From NCBI GenBank assembly GCA_951406725.2, contig OX597838.1:13826001-13890000 (forward strand): a stretch of 64,000 nucleotides of DNA. Reading direction: 5' to 3'. The stretch's first letter is position 1. Each line of letters begins with the position of its first letter. Under the pieces are notes generated by a model that worked only from the letters and a program-made list of their open reading frames with translations, was not told where the DNA came from and did no database searches. Below are positions 36,330-49,776 of the stretch, piece by piece. Both the position numbers and the translations under genes were made by a program. Source of the stretch: Octopus vulgaris (taxonomy: Eukaryota).

Positions 36330-36985
36330 TGTTGTGTGGTGAGAAAGGTGAAACAACAAACCACATTATTAGTAAATGTAAGATGCTTGCACAGAAAAGA
36401 GTACAAGAGAAGGCACGACAACATTACCAGATTGGTTCACTGGAAGCTCTGTCATAAAGTATGACACGAGCAGAAGTGAGAAATGGTTATGAGCACCAAC
36501 TGGAAAGGGTTGTTGAAAACGAGCAATATAAGATCTTGTGAGATATGACCACCCAGTGTGACCATCTTATTGTGGATAGAAAACCTGACATTGTTGTCGT
36601 TGAAAAGATGAAGAACAACAAAGCAATTATTGTGGATATTGCTTCACCATGGGACACAGGCTGAATGAGAAGGAAAGTGAGAAAGTTGAGAAGTATCAGA
36701 AAGAAAATCAGGAAACTATGGAGAATCAGGCACTTAAGAGTGGCATCAATTGTGGTTGGCACACTGGGAGCAGTTAGTAAAAGATTGGATATATGGCTAG
36801 AGATGCTAGGAAATGCCATCAGGACAAGACTGTTGCAGAAAACAACCTTGTTAGGAACAGCAAGGATTCTAAGGAGGGTGTTTGAAAGTTGAAGGAGAAG
36901 GAATGACCAAAAGGACCTTCGGCCACTGGATATGACTTGCTCTTTTGGCATAGAGTTGGTATAATATGTCAGAGTAAAAGTGTCA
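36330..36985 (+). mobile_element. R4/Dong-clade LINE 3' fragment (RLE endonuclease)
   Basis: HIISKC.MLAQK/EYKRRHDNITRLVHWKLC, DRKPDIVVVEK..IVDIASPWD, IVVGTLGAV and LQKTTLLGTARILRRV; ends in (AAT)n. Confidence 0.85.
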
Positions 36986-39809
36986 TGAATAATAATAATA
37001 ATACTGATGGTTTCAAATTTTGGCACAAGGCCTGCAAGTTTGGGGGGGAGGGGATAAGTTGATTACATCAATCCCAGTGCTCAACTGGTACTTGTTTTAT
37101 TGACTCCAAAATGATGAAAAGTAAAGTCAACCTTAGTAGAATATAAGTAAAAATGGAAAGCTGGACAAAATGCCATTAAGCATTTTGCCCAGCATGCTAA
37201 CGATTATGTCAGCTAACCACCTCAATAATAATAACAACAACAATGTGGCAGGAGACAGTGGCTTTCATGGCTTCTGATTGGAAATTGTTAACATGTGCGT
37301 AGTTTGTCTTGGTATAAAGGATGGGTTACAGTAAATATTCTGCTCAATTCCACAGATTTGCTTATCATTTGTTTGATATTAACCAGTTGAGCATGTACCT
37401 TAGTGACTGATGATCACGAGCAGAAGTAATTGGGGGAGTGGGGGAGCATCATAGCCATGGGTTGAGAAGAATTCTGTGGGGTTTGAATACATCATCTCTG
37501 GAAACATGGGTGTTTTGCTCACCATCCTCAAACAACCCTTATCCAGGGACCTTTTGAATGGAACGAGCTTCTTGATCTAAAGAAAATTCTAACAGCGTCT
37601 TACCTGGGTATATTGGGCTTAATATATTTGTACCCCAGCATCACTTAGATAGCATGCACTGTTCACTCACACAATAATAATAATTGTTTCTAATTTAGAT
37701 AGAAAAATAAAGCAGTGAGCTAGCAGAATCATTACCATTCCAAACAAAATGCTGCTAAGCATTTTGTCTGTCTTTGCATTCTGAATTCAAATGCCTTCAG
37801 GTCGACTTTGCTTTCATCCTTTCAGGGGTCAATAAAATAAGTACCAGTTGAAAACTGGAGTCAACATAATTGACTTAAACACCACCACACACTAAACTGC
37901 TGGTTTTGTGCCAAAATTTGAAACCCAATTTAGATAGGAAACCTGAAATTTTGAAGAGAGGAAGCTAGTCAATGAAATCAACCCTGGTGCTTGACTGGTT
38001 CTTTAGTTTATCAAACCTGGAGTGATGAAAGGCAAAATTAACCTCAGCGGAATTTGAACCCAGAACGTGAAGGTTTGGTGCTCTAGTGATTCTACCAATC
38101 CATCCATCACTTTTTGATTTTCAACCTTTCAGGGGTTGAGTAAGGACAAACTCAGCAAACAGGACATAAAATAACAACAACAATTACAACAGCAGCAGCA
38201 GACTGCCACTTGTTTTCATTTTTGGTTTAAACATTTTCATTAATAAGAAAATTTCATTATACCTGCCCAAATAACAAACAACCACACATCATTTCTATCA
38301 TAGCAGCATCACTGAAACCCTTAAACACACACATCTACTATAATACTAGCTTGTAGATTTTTTTATCATTTTGAAATAATAGTCATAATAATGCTTCCTA
38401 CTAAAGGCACAGTTCAGCAGTTTTGAGGGGAGGGAGCAAGTCCATTACAACGACCCCAGTACTTGATTGGTACTTTATTTTATCAACCCTGAAAGGATGA
38501 AAAGCAAAGTCCATCTCTGTGGCATTTGAACTCAGAGGGTGAAGCTGGATGAAAAGCTGCTAAACATTTTATCCAACACGTTAATGATTCCGCCTTAATA
38601 ATAAGAGTGATCCTTCTTGTTATAGGTACAAGGCCTGAAATTTTGTGGGAAAGGAGCCAGTCAATTATATTGACCCCAATGCTCAACTGGTATTTAGTAG
38701 GATACTGAGGTTGATGTAACTGACTAACTCCTTCTCCCAAAATTTGATGCCTTGCACCTATAGTAGATATCATCATCATCATCATTACTATTATTATCAT
38801 CATTTGAGCTGGCAGAATTACAATATGCCAAACAAAAAGCTTAGCGGCATTTCTTCTGGCATTACATTCTGAGTTCAAATTCTGCCAAGGTCGATTTTGC
38901 CTTTCATCCTTTCGGGGTTAATAAAATAAGTACCAGTTGAGCACTGGGGTTGATGTAATTGAGCAGCCTCCTCCCACAAAATTTCAGGCCTTGTGCCTGA
39001 AATAGAAAAGATTATTTTTTACTATAGCCAAATCATAATTAAATTATTCATTATAATAGCATGAAGATGGATCTGTTAGTTTTGACAGCGAGTTTCCCAG
39101 TTATTTGATTAACTAAACTGGCAATTTGTTAACTTCACATTTAAGCAGCTGTGGATTCCGCAGACATGTGTATTCTTGATGTGTTCCCAGCCAGAAATAA
39201 ACTATGGTAACACAATGTGATAAAACGGGAATTTTGAATTATAGACACAAACCTATTTCTTTATTACCCACAAGGGGCTAAACATAGAAGGGACAAACAA
39301 GGACAGACATAGGTATTAAGTCAATTACATACATATATACACACACATATACATACATACAAACATATTCTTATGTACAAAAAAAATAATTCTTAAACAT
39401 GTCCCCAACCCTATTCCACTCCAAGATAGTTATTTTAATTATTTTTGTTTTAGTTCTAAGAGTTTTCATTTTGTTTCCAACCAGCAGCAAAATAAAGAAA
39501 TAAAAGAGAGGAACAAAGTTTGAAAAAAATAATTTTCTTTGATTTCAATGTAGATTTTTTTTTTGTATAATGTTGTTGTTGTTGTTCATGTTGTTTTAAG
39601 TTCCCATGCAATGTTTATTTGTCTCATACATAATATATGTTGCATATCATTTGTGTGTATATATGCATGTATGTGTGTGTGTGTATGTGTGTGTGTGTGT
39701 GTGTGTGTACATGTTTGAGCGTTACAAATGATAGTAAAAATTTATTCATTCAAAATTGATGGTTCAAATCTGTCTCTACTTTTGAGTTTTTCTGATTGAA
39801 ATATGCGTG

Positions 39810-39902
<93 letters not shown>

Positions 39903-39939
39903 GTATATATATATATACATATATATATATATGTATATG

Positions 39940-39972
<33 letters not shown>

Positions 39973-40027
39973 GTATATGTATATATGTATATATATACAT
40001 ATATATATAAGAAGATGTGTGTTTTCA

Positions 40028-40140
40028 TCACCAGCTGCCATTCAAGTCATTTGCTACTTTTTTCATAAACTCCTTGTGGTTAGCGTAAAGTTTGAGGCTT
40101 TGTGCTATATCAAGCCATTTCACACTGACAGCATCATCCC
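40028..40140 (-). CDS. NUDT9: NUDT9 last coding exon ([37 protein letters not shown])
   Basis: Acceptor tgtttcag|, phase 1. GDDA..V.W......LKLYAxH motif. TGA at 40030-40028 is followed by a second TGA. Confidence 0.95.
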
Positions 40141-40617
40141 CTGAAACAATAAGAAACATTAATTAATAAAATGAAAGTAATTCATCATCATCACCATCAT
40201 CATTTAATGCCAGTTTTCCATGCTGGTATGGGTTGGACAGTTTGACCGAAACTAATGAAGCCAGAGGCCACATCAGGTTCTGTTGTTTGTTCAGGCAGAG
40301 TTTCTATGGCTGGATGCCTTGGGTGCTTTTTAAGGTGGGTTTCTAAGGCTGGATACCCTGGGTGCTTTTTAAAGTGGGTTTCTATGGCTGGATGCCCTGG
40401 ATGCTTTTTAAGGTGGATTTCTATAGCTGGATGCCCTGGGTGCTTTTTAAGGTGGGTTTCTATGGCTGGATACCCTGGGTGTTTTTAAGGTGGGTTTCTA
40501 TGGCTGGGTGCTTTTAAGCTGGCACCAACACAAGTGCTTTTTATGTGGCACCAGTACCAGTATCAATTCTGCTGTGGTATACGGGTCTTCTCAAGTACAA
40601 CAATGCACCAGATATCT

Positions 40618-41251
40618 CTAAGCATATCTCTAAAATTGTCAAGAAGGCCGAGGGTGTCTTGGTATCACTCAGCAAGACTTTTGTTAGCCGCTCTCCAGCC
40701 ATCTATTTAAAACTGTATACAGCTATGGTACGACCACACTTGGAATTCGCATCATCAGTTTGGAACCCCTATCTTGCTCAGAACATTGACCTCCTGGAAT
40801 CTGTCCAGAGACGTGCAACCAAACGCATACCCTCCATCAGACACCTACCATATTCTGAGCGCCTTGTTTCCCTGGGCATGGATTCACTGAAGCTCCGGCG
40901 TCTGGCGATGGACTTGGTAAACACCCACAAAGTTATCAACCACCTCACCAACAACAACACTGAACACCTTTTTGATCTCCATGTGTCTAACACACGTGGA
41001 CATGCCTACAAAGTCAGAAAACAACACAGCTCCCATGACTTTTGGAAACATTTTTTCACGCTCAGAGTTGCTGAAGCATGGAACAAACTGCCTGCGTCAG
41101 TTGTTGACTGCCATGACACTGCATCCTTTAAGGCCCTCATGCTTTCCGAAATCCGCCGAAACTACACCTGATTATATATACACTTTAGATGAGTTGTAGT
41201 GCACCTGAGCACTGTACACAATGTTTTATTATTATTATTATTAATATTATT
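40618..41251 (+). mobile_element. CR1/L2-clade LINE 3' end in the last NUDT9 intron (antisense)
   Basis: LYTAMVRPHLEFASSVWNPY..LESVQRRATK..TRGH..FFTLRV..WNKLP; (TTA)n tail; flanking ATATCT duplication. Confidence 0.9.
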
Positions 41252-41621
41252 ATATCTTGGTCCTTAGTCATCTCCCCTCCATAACGCTCAGTGTCTTGAG
41301 ACCAACCTTCAATACACTAATTGTGGATCTAAGTGGTAAGAGGTCAAATCAGAGTAGGCATGTGATTTGAGAGAGAAAGGGAGATTAAGTTGCTATTTCT
41401 AGCAGATCAAGAGGCTATATGGAAGCTCCATCACTGGCTCAAAGGTAATGGTGATGGCATTGATTATGTTAGTGGTGATGGTGATAATGGTTGTAGTGAT
41501 GATGATGTTGAGGTATATAAGGATCAAGTTGATAATAAAGACGATGATGATAATGGTTGCAATGATGACGATAATGATGATAATGATAATGGTGATGATG
41601 AATCTCTGTTAAAATACTCAC

Positions 41622-41739
41622 CAGCAGTCAGTGCTAAATTAGCCACACTAGTTCCATTGTCGTCGTGGAAATTCATGGCAACTGTTTCAATCCAAGAATT
41701 GTCTGTGTTCCTGATATCGTCCACGTAACCTTTATATAC
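41622..41739 (-). CDS. NUDT9: NUDT9 exon ([39 protein letters not shown])
   Basis: Acceptor cacttag|, donor |gtgagt; 118 nt, phase 0 to 1. Carries the YKGYVDDxRNTDNxWxET motif. Confidence 0.96.
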
Positions 41740-44700
41740 CTAAGTGTAGATGAACAAAAACAAAAGGGGAAGATGGTAACTGTTGAACATGGCAACAGGT
41801 GAACATGGCAACAGAACATGATAACAGTTGAACATGGCAACAAATAAACATAGCAACACATAAACATAGCAACAGGTGAACATAGCAACAGGTGAACGTG
41901 GTAACAGGCGACCATGGCAAAAGATGAATTGGGGTGCAGGACAATGGGTAAACACAAAGAGATGAGCATAGCAACGAGAGAATAGAACATAACAACTGAT
42001 AATAGAGCAAAGTGAATACATGTTTTGTAGTTGTTTAGCTGTAGGTCAACCTCAGTGTATATAGAGGCGCAGGAGTGGCTGTGTGGTAAGTAGCTTGCTA
42101 ACCAACCACATGGTTCCGGGTTCAGTCCCACTGCGTGGCATCTTGGGCAAGTGTCTTCTGCTATAGCCCCGGGCCGACCAATGCTTTGTGAGTGGATTTG
42201 GTAGACGGAAACTGAAAGAAGCCTGTCGTATATATGTATATATATATATGTATGTGTGTGTCTATTTGTGTGTCTGTGTTTGTCCCCCTAGCGTTGCTTG
42301 ACAACCGATGCTGGTGTGTTTACGTCCCCGTCACTTAGCAGTTCGGCAAAAGAGACCGATAGAATAAGTACTGGACTTACAAAGAATAAGTCCCGGGGTC
42401 GATTTGCCTGACTAAAGGCGGTGCTCCAGCATGGCCGCGGTCAAATGACTGAAACAAGTAAAAGAGTAAAAGAAACTACATTAGTCATTGTATCCACAGT
42501 GAAGGCGCATGGCTCAGTGGTTAGAGCGTCGAGCTTACGATTGTGAGGTTGTGAGCTCGAATCCTGGACCGGGCTGCGTGTTGTGTTCTTGAGCAAGACA
42601 CTTTATTTCACGTTGCTCCAGTTCACTCAGCTGTAGAAATGAGTTGCGATGTCACAGGTGCCAAGCTGTATCGGCCCCTTTGCCTTTCCCTTGGATAACA
42701 CTGGTGGCGTGGAGAGGGGAGGTCGGGATGCATGGACAACTGCTGGTCTTCCATAAACAACCTAGCCCGGACTTGAACCCAGGAGGGTAACTTTCTAGGT
42801 GCAATCCCATGTTCTGTGTCATGACCGAAGGGGGTTTCAGATCCACTGTATCCTTTATCTTTTAGAAAGTAGGGGTAATTTGAGGGACATGCAGCTATTT
42901 TAGCAGGATGTGTAATCAAAGAGGTTCCCTTGTTCATTGATTTTTTTTCTTTGAAAGTTGTTTATTTGATGTAGCTGTTGATTTTGTAGCTGGATGGGTG
43001 TCTCTTTCTATCACAACACCTGTACTTCCTACCCAGTGGTCAGTAGTCCTGCAGTCCGGTACTGTATCCTCACACCCACCACATGACAGCAATATGAAAC
43101 CATGCATAACTTTACCACGGTTCACTTATTCCTGCACAAAGGAACTCAGTTACAACTATTCCTCCAAACTTTCACTCATCTGTGTTTTTTTTTTTCCCCT
43201 TGCTGATATTGATTTCCTGCAACAATTGTTCGGACTGGACATTGGCCAAACTGGTCTGACCCATGTAGGAGGAGCAGAGACAAAAAACAATCACAAGGAT
43301 GGACATACTCACATACTCTTTTACTTGTTTCAGTCATTTGACTGTGGCCATGCTGGAGCACCACCTTTTAGTCGAGCAAATCGATCCCAGGACTTATTCT
43401 TTGTAAGCCTAGTACTTATTCTATTGGTCTCTTTTACCGAACTGCTAAGTTACGAGAACGTAAACACACCAGCATCGGTTGTCAAGCAATGTTGAGGGGA
43501 CAAACACAGACACACACATATATATATATATATATATACATATATACGATGGGCTTCTTTCAGTTTCCGTCTACCAAATCCACTCACAAGGCTTTGGTCG
43601 GCCCAAGGCTATAGTAGAAGACACTTGCCCAAGGTGCCACGCAGGGGTACTGAACCCGGAACCATGTGGTTCGTAAGCAAGCTACTTACCACACAGCCAC
43701 TCCTATGCCTATGGAATGGCTATGTACAGATAACTCAAGACTGCTGTTCAAACACATGCTTCTGGTCACTCTGAGTTATTTTGGTTAGCTCATTTTTGTG
43801 GCTGTGTGATAAGAAGCTTGCTTCCCAACCACCTAGTTCTGGGTTCAGTCCTACTGTGTGACACCTTGGGCTGACCAAAGACTGTGAGTGGATTTGGTAG
43901 ATGGAGAGTGAAAGAAGCACACTGTATGTGTGTGTGAGTGTGTCTTTATGTTTATGTTTGTCCTCCACTACTGACTGACAACCAATGTTGGTGTGTTTAC
44001 ATCCCCATAATTTAATGGTTTGGCAAAAGAGACCGATAGAATAAGTATTAGGCTTAAAAGAAATTGTGGGGTTGATTCGTTCAACTAGAATCCTTCAAAG
44101 CAGTGCCCCAGCATGGCCGCGGTCAAATGACTGAAACAAGTAAACAAATAAAAAGAAAATGAATAAGAATATTACCTAGGCTACAAATTTGTTCACTCCA
44201 CTAGAGACAAGATTGGATAATTGTTGTACTGATGATGCCTCTCAAGATAGAAACATGTGTCCATGACTAGTTTCTATTCTCCAGACAATAAGCCAGTCCT
44301 ATACTTTAATGACACGTCAACTTTGGAGAATTTGCCATTCTTGAGACATAGTCCACTTTCATTGTGGAGCCGGTCTTATTAAGCGAAGATAATTTGAATA
44401 AATCAAGAACTTCTTATGCTGTATGATTAGAAATATTGAATTTCTAAATGTCTCAGAGAGACATGAGCGGTGGTGGGGTGATATAGTGGTTGTATACTGT
44501 CAACTCAATGTGACAGTCCCGTAAAGGGAATCACACCACCGCTATTAAGCCCTAGGAAGCATCGAAGATTCCTGTCGGCTTTGACACATTTCCTGTGTCC
44601 TTATGCCGTATGGTATTTGATATACCTGTATTATCCAACACATCCATACTATATTTTGGCTGGTATTTTTAGGTTGAATGGTTACATAGATCCTCTGTAA

Positions 44701-44800
44701 TTGGTTAATGTGTATGTGTTTGCATGTTTCCATGAGAATCGGTATATGTGTGTACACCAAGAATTTAGTTAAAGCAAGCAAATGTCCCCGCCAAACTCAC

Positions 44801-44944
44801 CTCTTTGCCATTTTTAAAAAAGACTTTTAAGCATTTCCGTAGTTTGTCTCGCTTCTCAGGTGTTAAATTTAAGGCATTCAAAGCTTCTTCACTAAATTCT
44901 CGTTGTAGTGTGGTAGTTACCAATTCTCCAGCATCAACCATACC
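44801..44944 (-). CDS. NUDT9: NUDT9 exon with Nudix box (GMVDAGELVTTTLQREFSEEALN...KNGKE)
   Basis: Acceptor ttactcag|, donor |gtgagt; 144 nt, phase 0 to 0. GX5EX7REFXEE Nudix box with the catalytic glutamates intact. Confidence 0.97.
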
Positions 44945-45845
44945 CTGAGTAAAAGAAAAGCACACACGTTTAATACATATACATATGCACATACACCAAC
45001 TCGTACATAGGTGCTATTTACATGGCAGAAGGCGGCGAGCTGGCAGAAATGTTAGCACGCCGGGCGATATGCATAGCTGTATTTCGTCTGCCGTTATGTT
45101 GTGAGTTCAAATTCCGCCGAGGTCGACTTTGCCTTTCATCCTTTCGGGGTCGAATAAATAAGTACCAGTTACGCACTGGGGTCGTTATAATCAATTTAAT
45201 CCCTTTGTCTGTCCTTGTTTGTCCCCTCTATGTTTAGCCCCTTGTGGGTAGTAAAGAAATAGCTATTTACATGGCACCACCAATGACCACGATTCCTGAG
45301 TGCCAATTGACATGGCAGCAGCATCGACCACAACAATTCACAGGTGCCATTTACATGGTACCATCAAAGACCATGACTACAATGCATGGGTGCCATTTAT
45401 ATGACACCGATGAGGCCCAACTACAATTTCACTTGGCCTGACGAGTGAGTATTCTCATGCACAGCATATCGCCAGAGATCTCGGTCACTTATCACCTCTG
45501 AGAGGTCCAACATTCGAAGATCATGCTTCACCATCTTGTTCCATGCCTTCCTGGGTCTACCTTTTCCTCAGGTTCCCTACAGAGTTGGAGATTGGCAAAC
45601 AGGAAAACGGAACTCAAAATATAAGTACATATATATTTTTTTATCATTAACCCTTTAGTATATATAATGGTCATATCTGGACAAATATATTCTACGTGTT
45701 TCATCCTAAAAACAGACAATCACACAATCAAAATCTCAAAGCTATGAGATAATACATGATTAATTCAAAGCAATATGAATGAATAAGCTTTACATTTGGC
45801 AGAATAATTTGAATGCCAAGGGTTGAGAAATATAACAGTGTTTAC

Positions 45846-45951
45846 CCCAGGAATGGCCCAGTCACCAGTGTCTCGTCTTTGAATGGCAATGAACTGTAGT
45901 ACAGGTTTACCATCTTGACCTTTGACCTTGTGTCCATCGACCACTTTCCAC
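45846..45951 (-). CDS. NUDT9: NUDT9 exon (WKVVDGHKVKGQDGKPVLQFIAIQRRDTGDWAIPG)
   Basis: Acceptor ttctcccag|, donor |gtaaac; 106 nt, phase 2 to 0. Carries the LQFxAIxRxDxGxWAIPG motif. Confidence 0.96.
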
Positions 45952-47690
45952 CTGGGAGAAAAAGAAGAGATCAAATTTGAATAGTTGTACAACAGATGTA
46001 TATACATATAAATGGCGGTGCCTCAGCATGGCCACAGCTCGTGAGCTGAAACTAGATAAAATATAAAAAATATATATATAATATGATCACATGACCGACC
46101 AGACCATCAGACGCTGCTACACATCGCTGGTCACAATGCATTCGCATTGTTTTAGCCTTCGAATGACGCCACCCCGCTGGCTAAGCGAGCAGGCCAACAG
46201 AAGAAAGAGTGAGAGAAAGAGTGGTGAAAGAGTACAGCAGGGATCACCATCCCCTGCCGGAGCCTCGTGGAGCTTTTAAGGTGTTTTTCGCTCAATAAAC
46301 ACACACAACGCCCGGTCTGGGAATTGAAACCGCGATCCTACGACCGCGAGTCCTCTGCCCTAACCACTGGGCCATTGCGCCTCCACATATATAATATATA
46401 AATACAAATATATTAATGTAAACTCATGCAGCTGTTTTTATACACTCAGACACATAAATACACTAATGAAGGCGCATGGCCTAGTGGTAAGGCTGTTGCA
46501 TTCATGATCGCTAGATCATGGGTTTGATTCCCTGAGCAGGAGTTGTGTTGTGTTCTTGAGCAAGACACTTCATTTCATGTTGCTCCAGCCCCCTTTTTGA
46601 TCGGGGGGTGGGGGTGGGGGTATTGGCCTGCTCGCCTAGCCAGTGAGGTGGCATCATTTGAAGGCTAAAACAATGCAAAAAGCGCATTGTGACCAGCGAT
46701 GTGTAACAACATCTGATAGCCTAGTCAGATACATGTGTGTGTGCATGCATACGTGTGTCACACTTATACACACACACGTGACCAGTGGTGTGTAACAACA
46801 TCTGATAGCCTAGTCAGATACGTGTGTGTGTGTGTGTGCATGTGTGTGTCACACTTATACGCACACACATATATTCAGAGTAAAGATAAAGAGTAGATAT
46901 ACAAATTGTAATTATACACCCTAAAGATGAAGCATAGGTATTAAATTTGTAACTATATCCTTTAAAAATAAAGTGTGTGTGTGTGTGTGTGTGTGTATCC
47001 TTTTGCATGGCCAACAAGTAGAGGGATACTGTAGTAAAGGAAGACCTGTCCTGAGGTCTAAGGATAAGTTGAAGCAATCACTAAAATCTCAGCAAATCTC
47101 AAAAGCTTAATTAGACATCTTGGGAAAGTTATTACCTTGATTGATCTGCAAGGTGTAAAATGTGTCATGGTGCATCAAAGCAATTTGTATTAAAGAAACA
47201 GAACAATAAAAGAATTATATCCTGTAACCAACAGACACATTTGCCCAGTCCCAGGCAAAATCAAAATCATCAGTGCCCCCCTTGTGCAAAATCTATACCT
47301 GGACTCAAACCACATTTAAGCAACCATCGCAAATAGATGTAGCTTCTTTTATTGATTTATTTTTAAAGATGTTTTTCCTTTGTCTCACATTTTCTCTCTC
47401 TCTTTCTTCTTGAATCCTCTCCTTCAAACACTCATACAAGGAATTCAATGTGAGTAACCATCACTAATAATAGTAATAATGACAATAATAATAATAATAA
47501 TAATAATAGGAGGAGACCCCCTTCAGTCATGAATGACCATGGGATTGCACCTAGAAAGTTACCCTCCGAGGCACAAGTCCGAGCAAGGTTTTTTATGGAA
47601 GACCAGCAGTTGCCCATGCATATCAGGCTTCCCTCGCCATGCCACCAGTGTTATCTAAGGGAAAGGCAAAGGCTGATACAGCTTGGCACC

Positions 47691-47724
<34 letters not shown>

Positions 47725-47884
47725 TTAACAACAACAACAACAATAATAACAATAATAATAATGATACTAATCCTTTCTACTTTAAGCACAGAGCCTGACA
47801 CTTTGGGGGAGAGGGATAATCAATTATATTGGCCCCAGTACTCAACTGGTATTTATTTTATTGACCCCCCCAAAAGGATGAAAT

Positions 47885-48243
<359 letters not shown>

Positions 48244-48255
48244 AAAAAGAGTAAC

Positions 48256-48342
48256 CTTGTAATGATAGGGTCAGCAGCATGATTAGGTCCCCAACGACCT
48301 AGTAGTCCACGACCTATGATACCTGTTCTACCATGTGGGTTC
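48256..48342 (-). CDS. NUDT9: NUDT9 exon ([29 protein letters not shown])
   Basis: Contains the hallmark NUDT9 motif [29 protein letters not shown]. Acceptor ttttgcag|, donor |gttact; 87 nt, phase 2 to 2. Confidence 0.97.
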
Positions 48343-49202
48343 CTGCAAAAACGACAACAAACAAGAAAAAGAAAATAAAAATATTTAAAAAAAAAAGGGA
48401 TGAGGTGAAACATTTATGTTAATGAAGAGATCTCTTTGAGGTTACAAGCCCTAAAAGATATAACAGTGAAATATCCTTCAAATCCCATTCCACCATCCTC
48501 AAAAGGAAGAATGTTTAATAATGTGGTCTTGGATGTGTTATACCTATAAGTAAGATGGGTTGTCATGGTTGGAAAGTCTTTGGTATTTGGTCATCTGGGT
48601 CAGGACTAACAATAATGACAAACGGAAGGATATATTAGATATTATGATTCTAGATACATTATGTCTAGTTAAAAGACAGGATGGCCATGGTTAGAAAGCT
48701 TTATATATACATAGGTGCAGGTGTGATTGTATAGTAAGAAGATTGCTTCTCAACCACATGGTTCCAGGTTCAGTCCCACTGTGTCCTTGGAGAAATAAGG
48801 CTCTTGTAGATGGAAATAGAAAGAAGCCCATTGTATATATCTCTCTCTCTATATATATATTTTTACTACCCACAAGGGGCTAAACACAGAGGAGACAAAC
48901 AAAGGGATTAAGTCGATTACATCGACCCCAGTGCGTAACTGGTACTTAATATCTCTCTCTCTATATATATATTTTTTACTACCCACAAGGGGCTAAACAC
49001 AGAGGAGACAAACAAGGACAGACAAAGGGATTAAGTCGATTACTTCGACCCCAGTGCGTAACTGGTACTTAATTTATCGACCCCAGAAGGATGAAAGGCA
49101 AAGTCGACCTTGGTGGAATTTGAACTCGGAACGTAACGGCAGACGAAGTACCGCTAGGCATTTCGCCCGGCATGATAACGTTTCTGCCAGCTCGCTGCCT
49201 TC

Positions 49203-49255
<53 letters not shown>

Positions 49256-49557
49256 AGTGTGTGTGTGTGTACATATGTATTTGTGTATGTTACTGTCTCC
49301 TTGTCTTGATAGTGAGTGTCCCTGTCATACAAGCGGTGTCCTTCATTCCAGTCTCCTGTGATAATCGTGTCCGGTCATGGAGAAACATTACCTTATTTGG
49401 AAACAGGTGAGGTTTGGTGACAGGAAGGGCATCTGGCTGTAGACTATCTGCCTCAACAAATTCCACCAGACACATGCGAACATGGAAAATTGGATGTTAA
49501 AGAGCTGATGATACACACACACAGAGCCCAGATGAGCTAACTAGGAATTCTCTATGA

Positions 49558-49776
49558 CAGTGCTTTCCAAACTTTTCGCTGGAGCGGAACCCCAAGGAAA
49601 CATTCCACTGGCTCGAGGAACCCCTGTGCAATAATTTAATAGTCTTATGCACACATATCTGCACAGGAGACTTAAAATTTACTGCCGATTTTAGCAGTTT
49701 TGTAACTTCTTGCGGAACCCCTGGACTGTACTGGCGGAACCCTAAAGTTCCGCGGAACCCTGGTTGAAAACCACTG
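49558..49776. mobile_element. Same hAT MITE, uninterrupted 219-bp copy
   Basis: CAGTG...CACTG with a perfect 8-bp TSD CTCTATGA. Confidence 0.92.

Noticed and set aside
42500-42575. tRNA gene
   Set aside because: A and B boxes are present, but the sequence continues into a multicopy SINE body without a proper cloverleaf or terminator.
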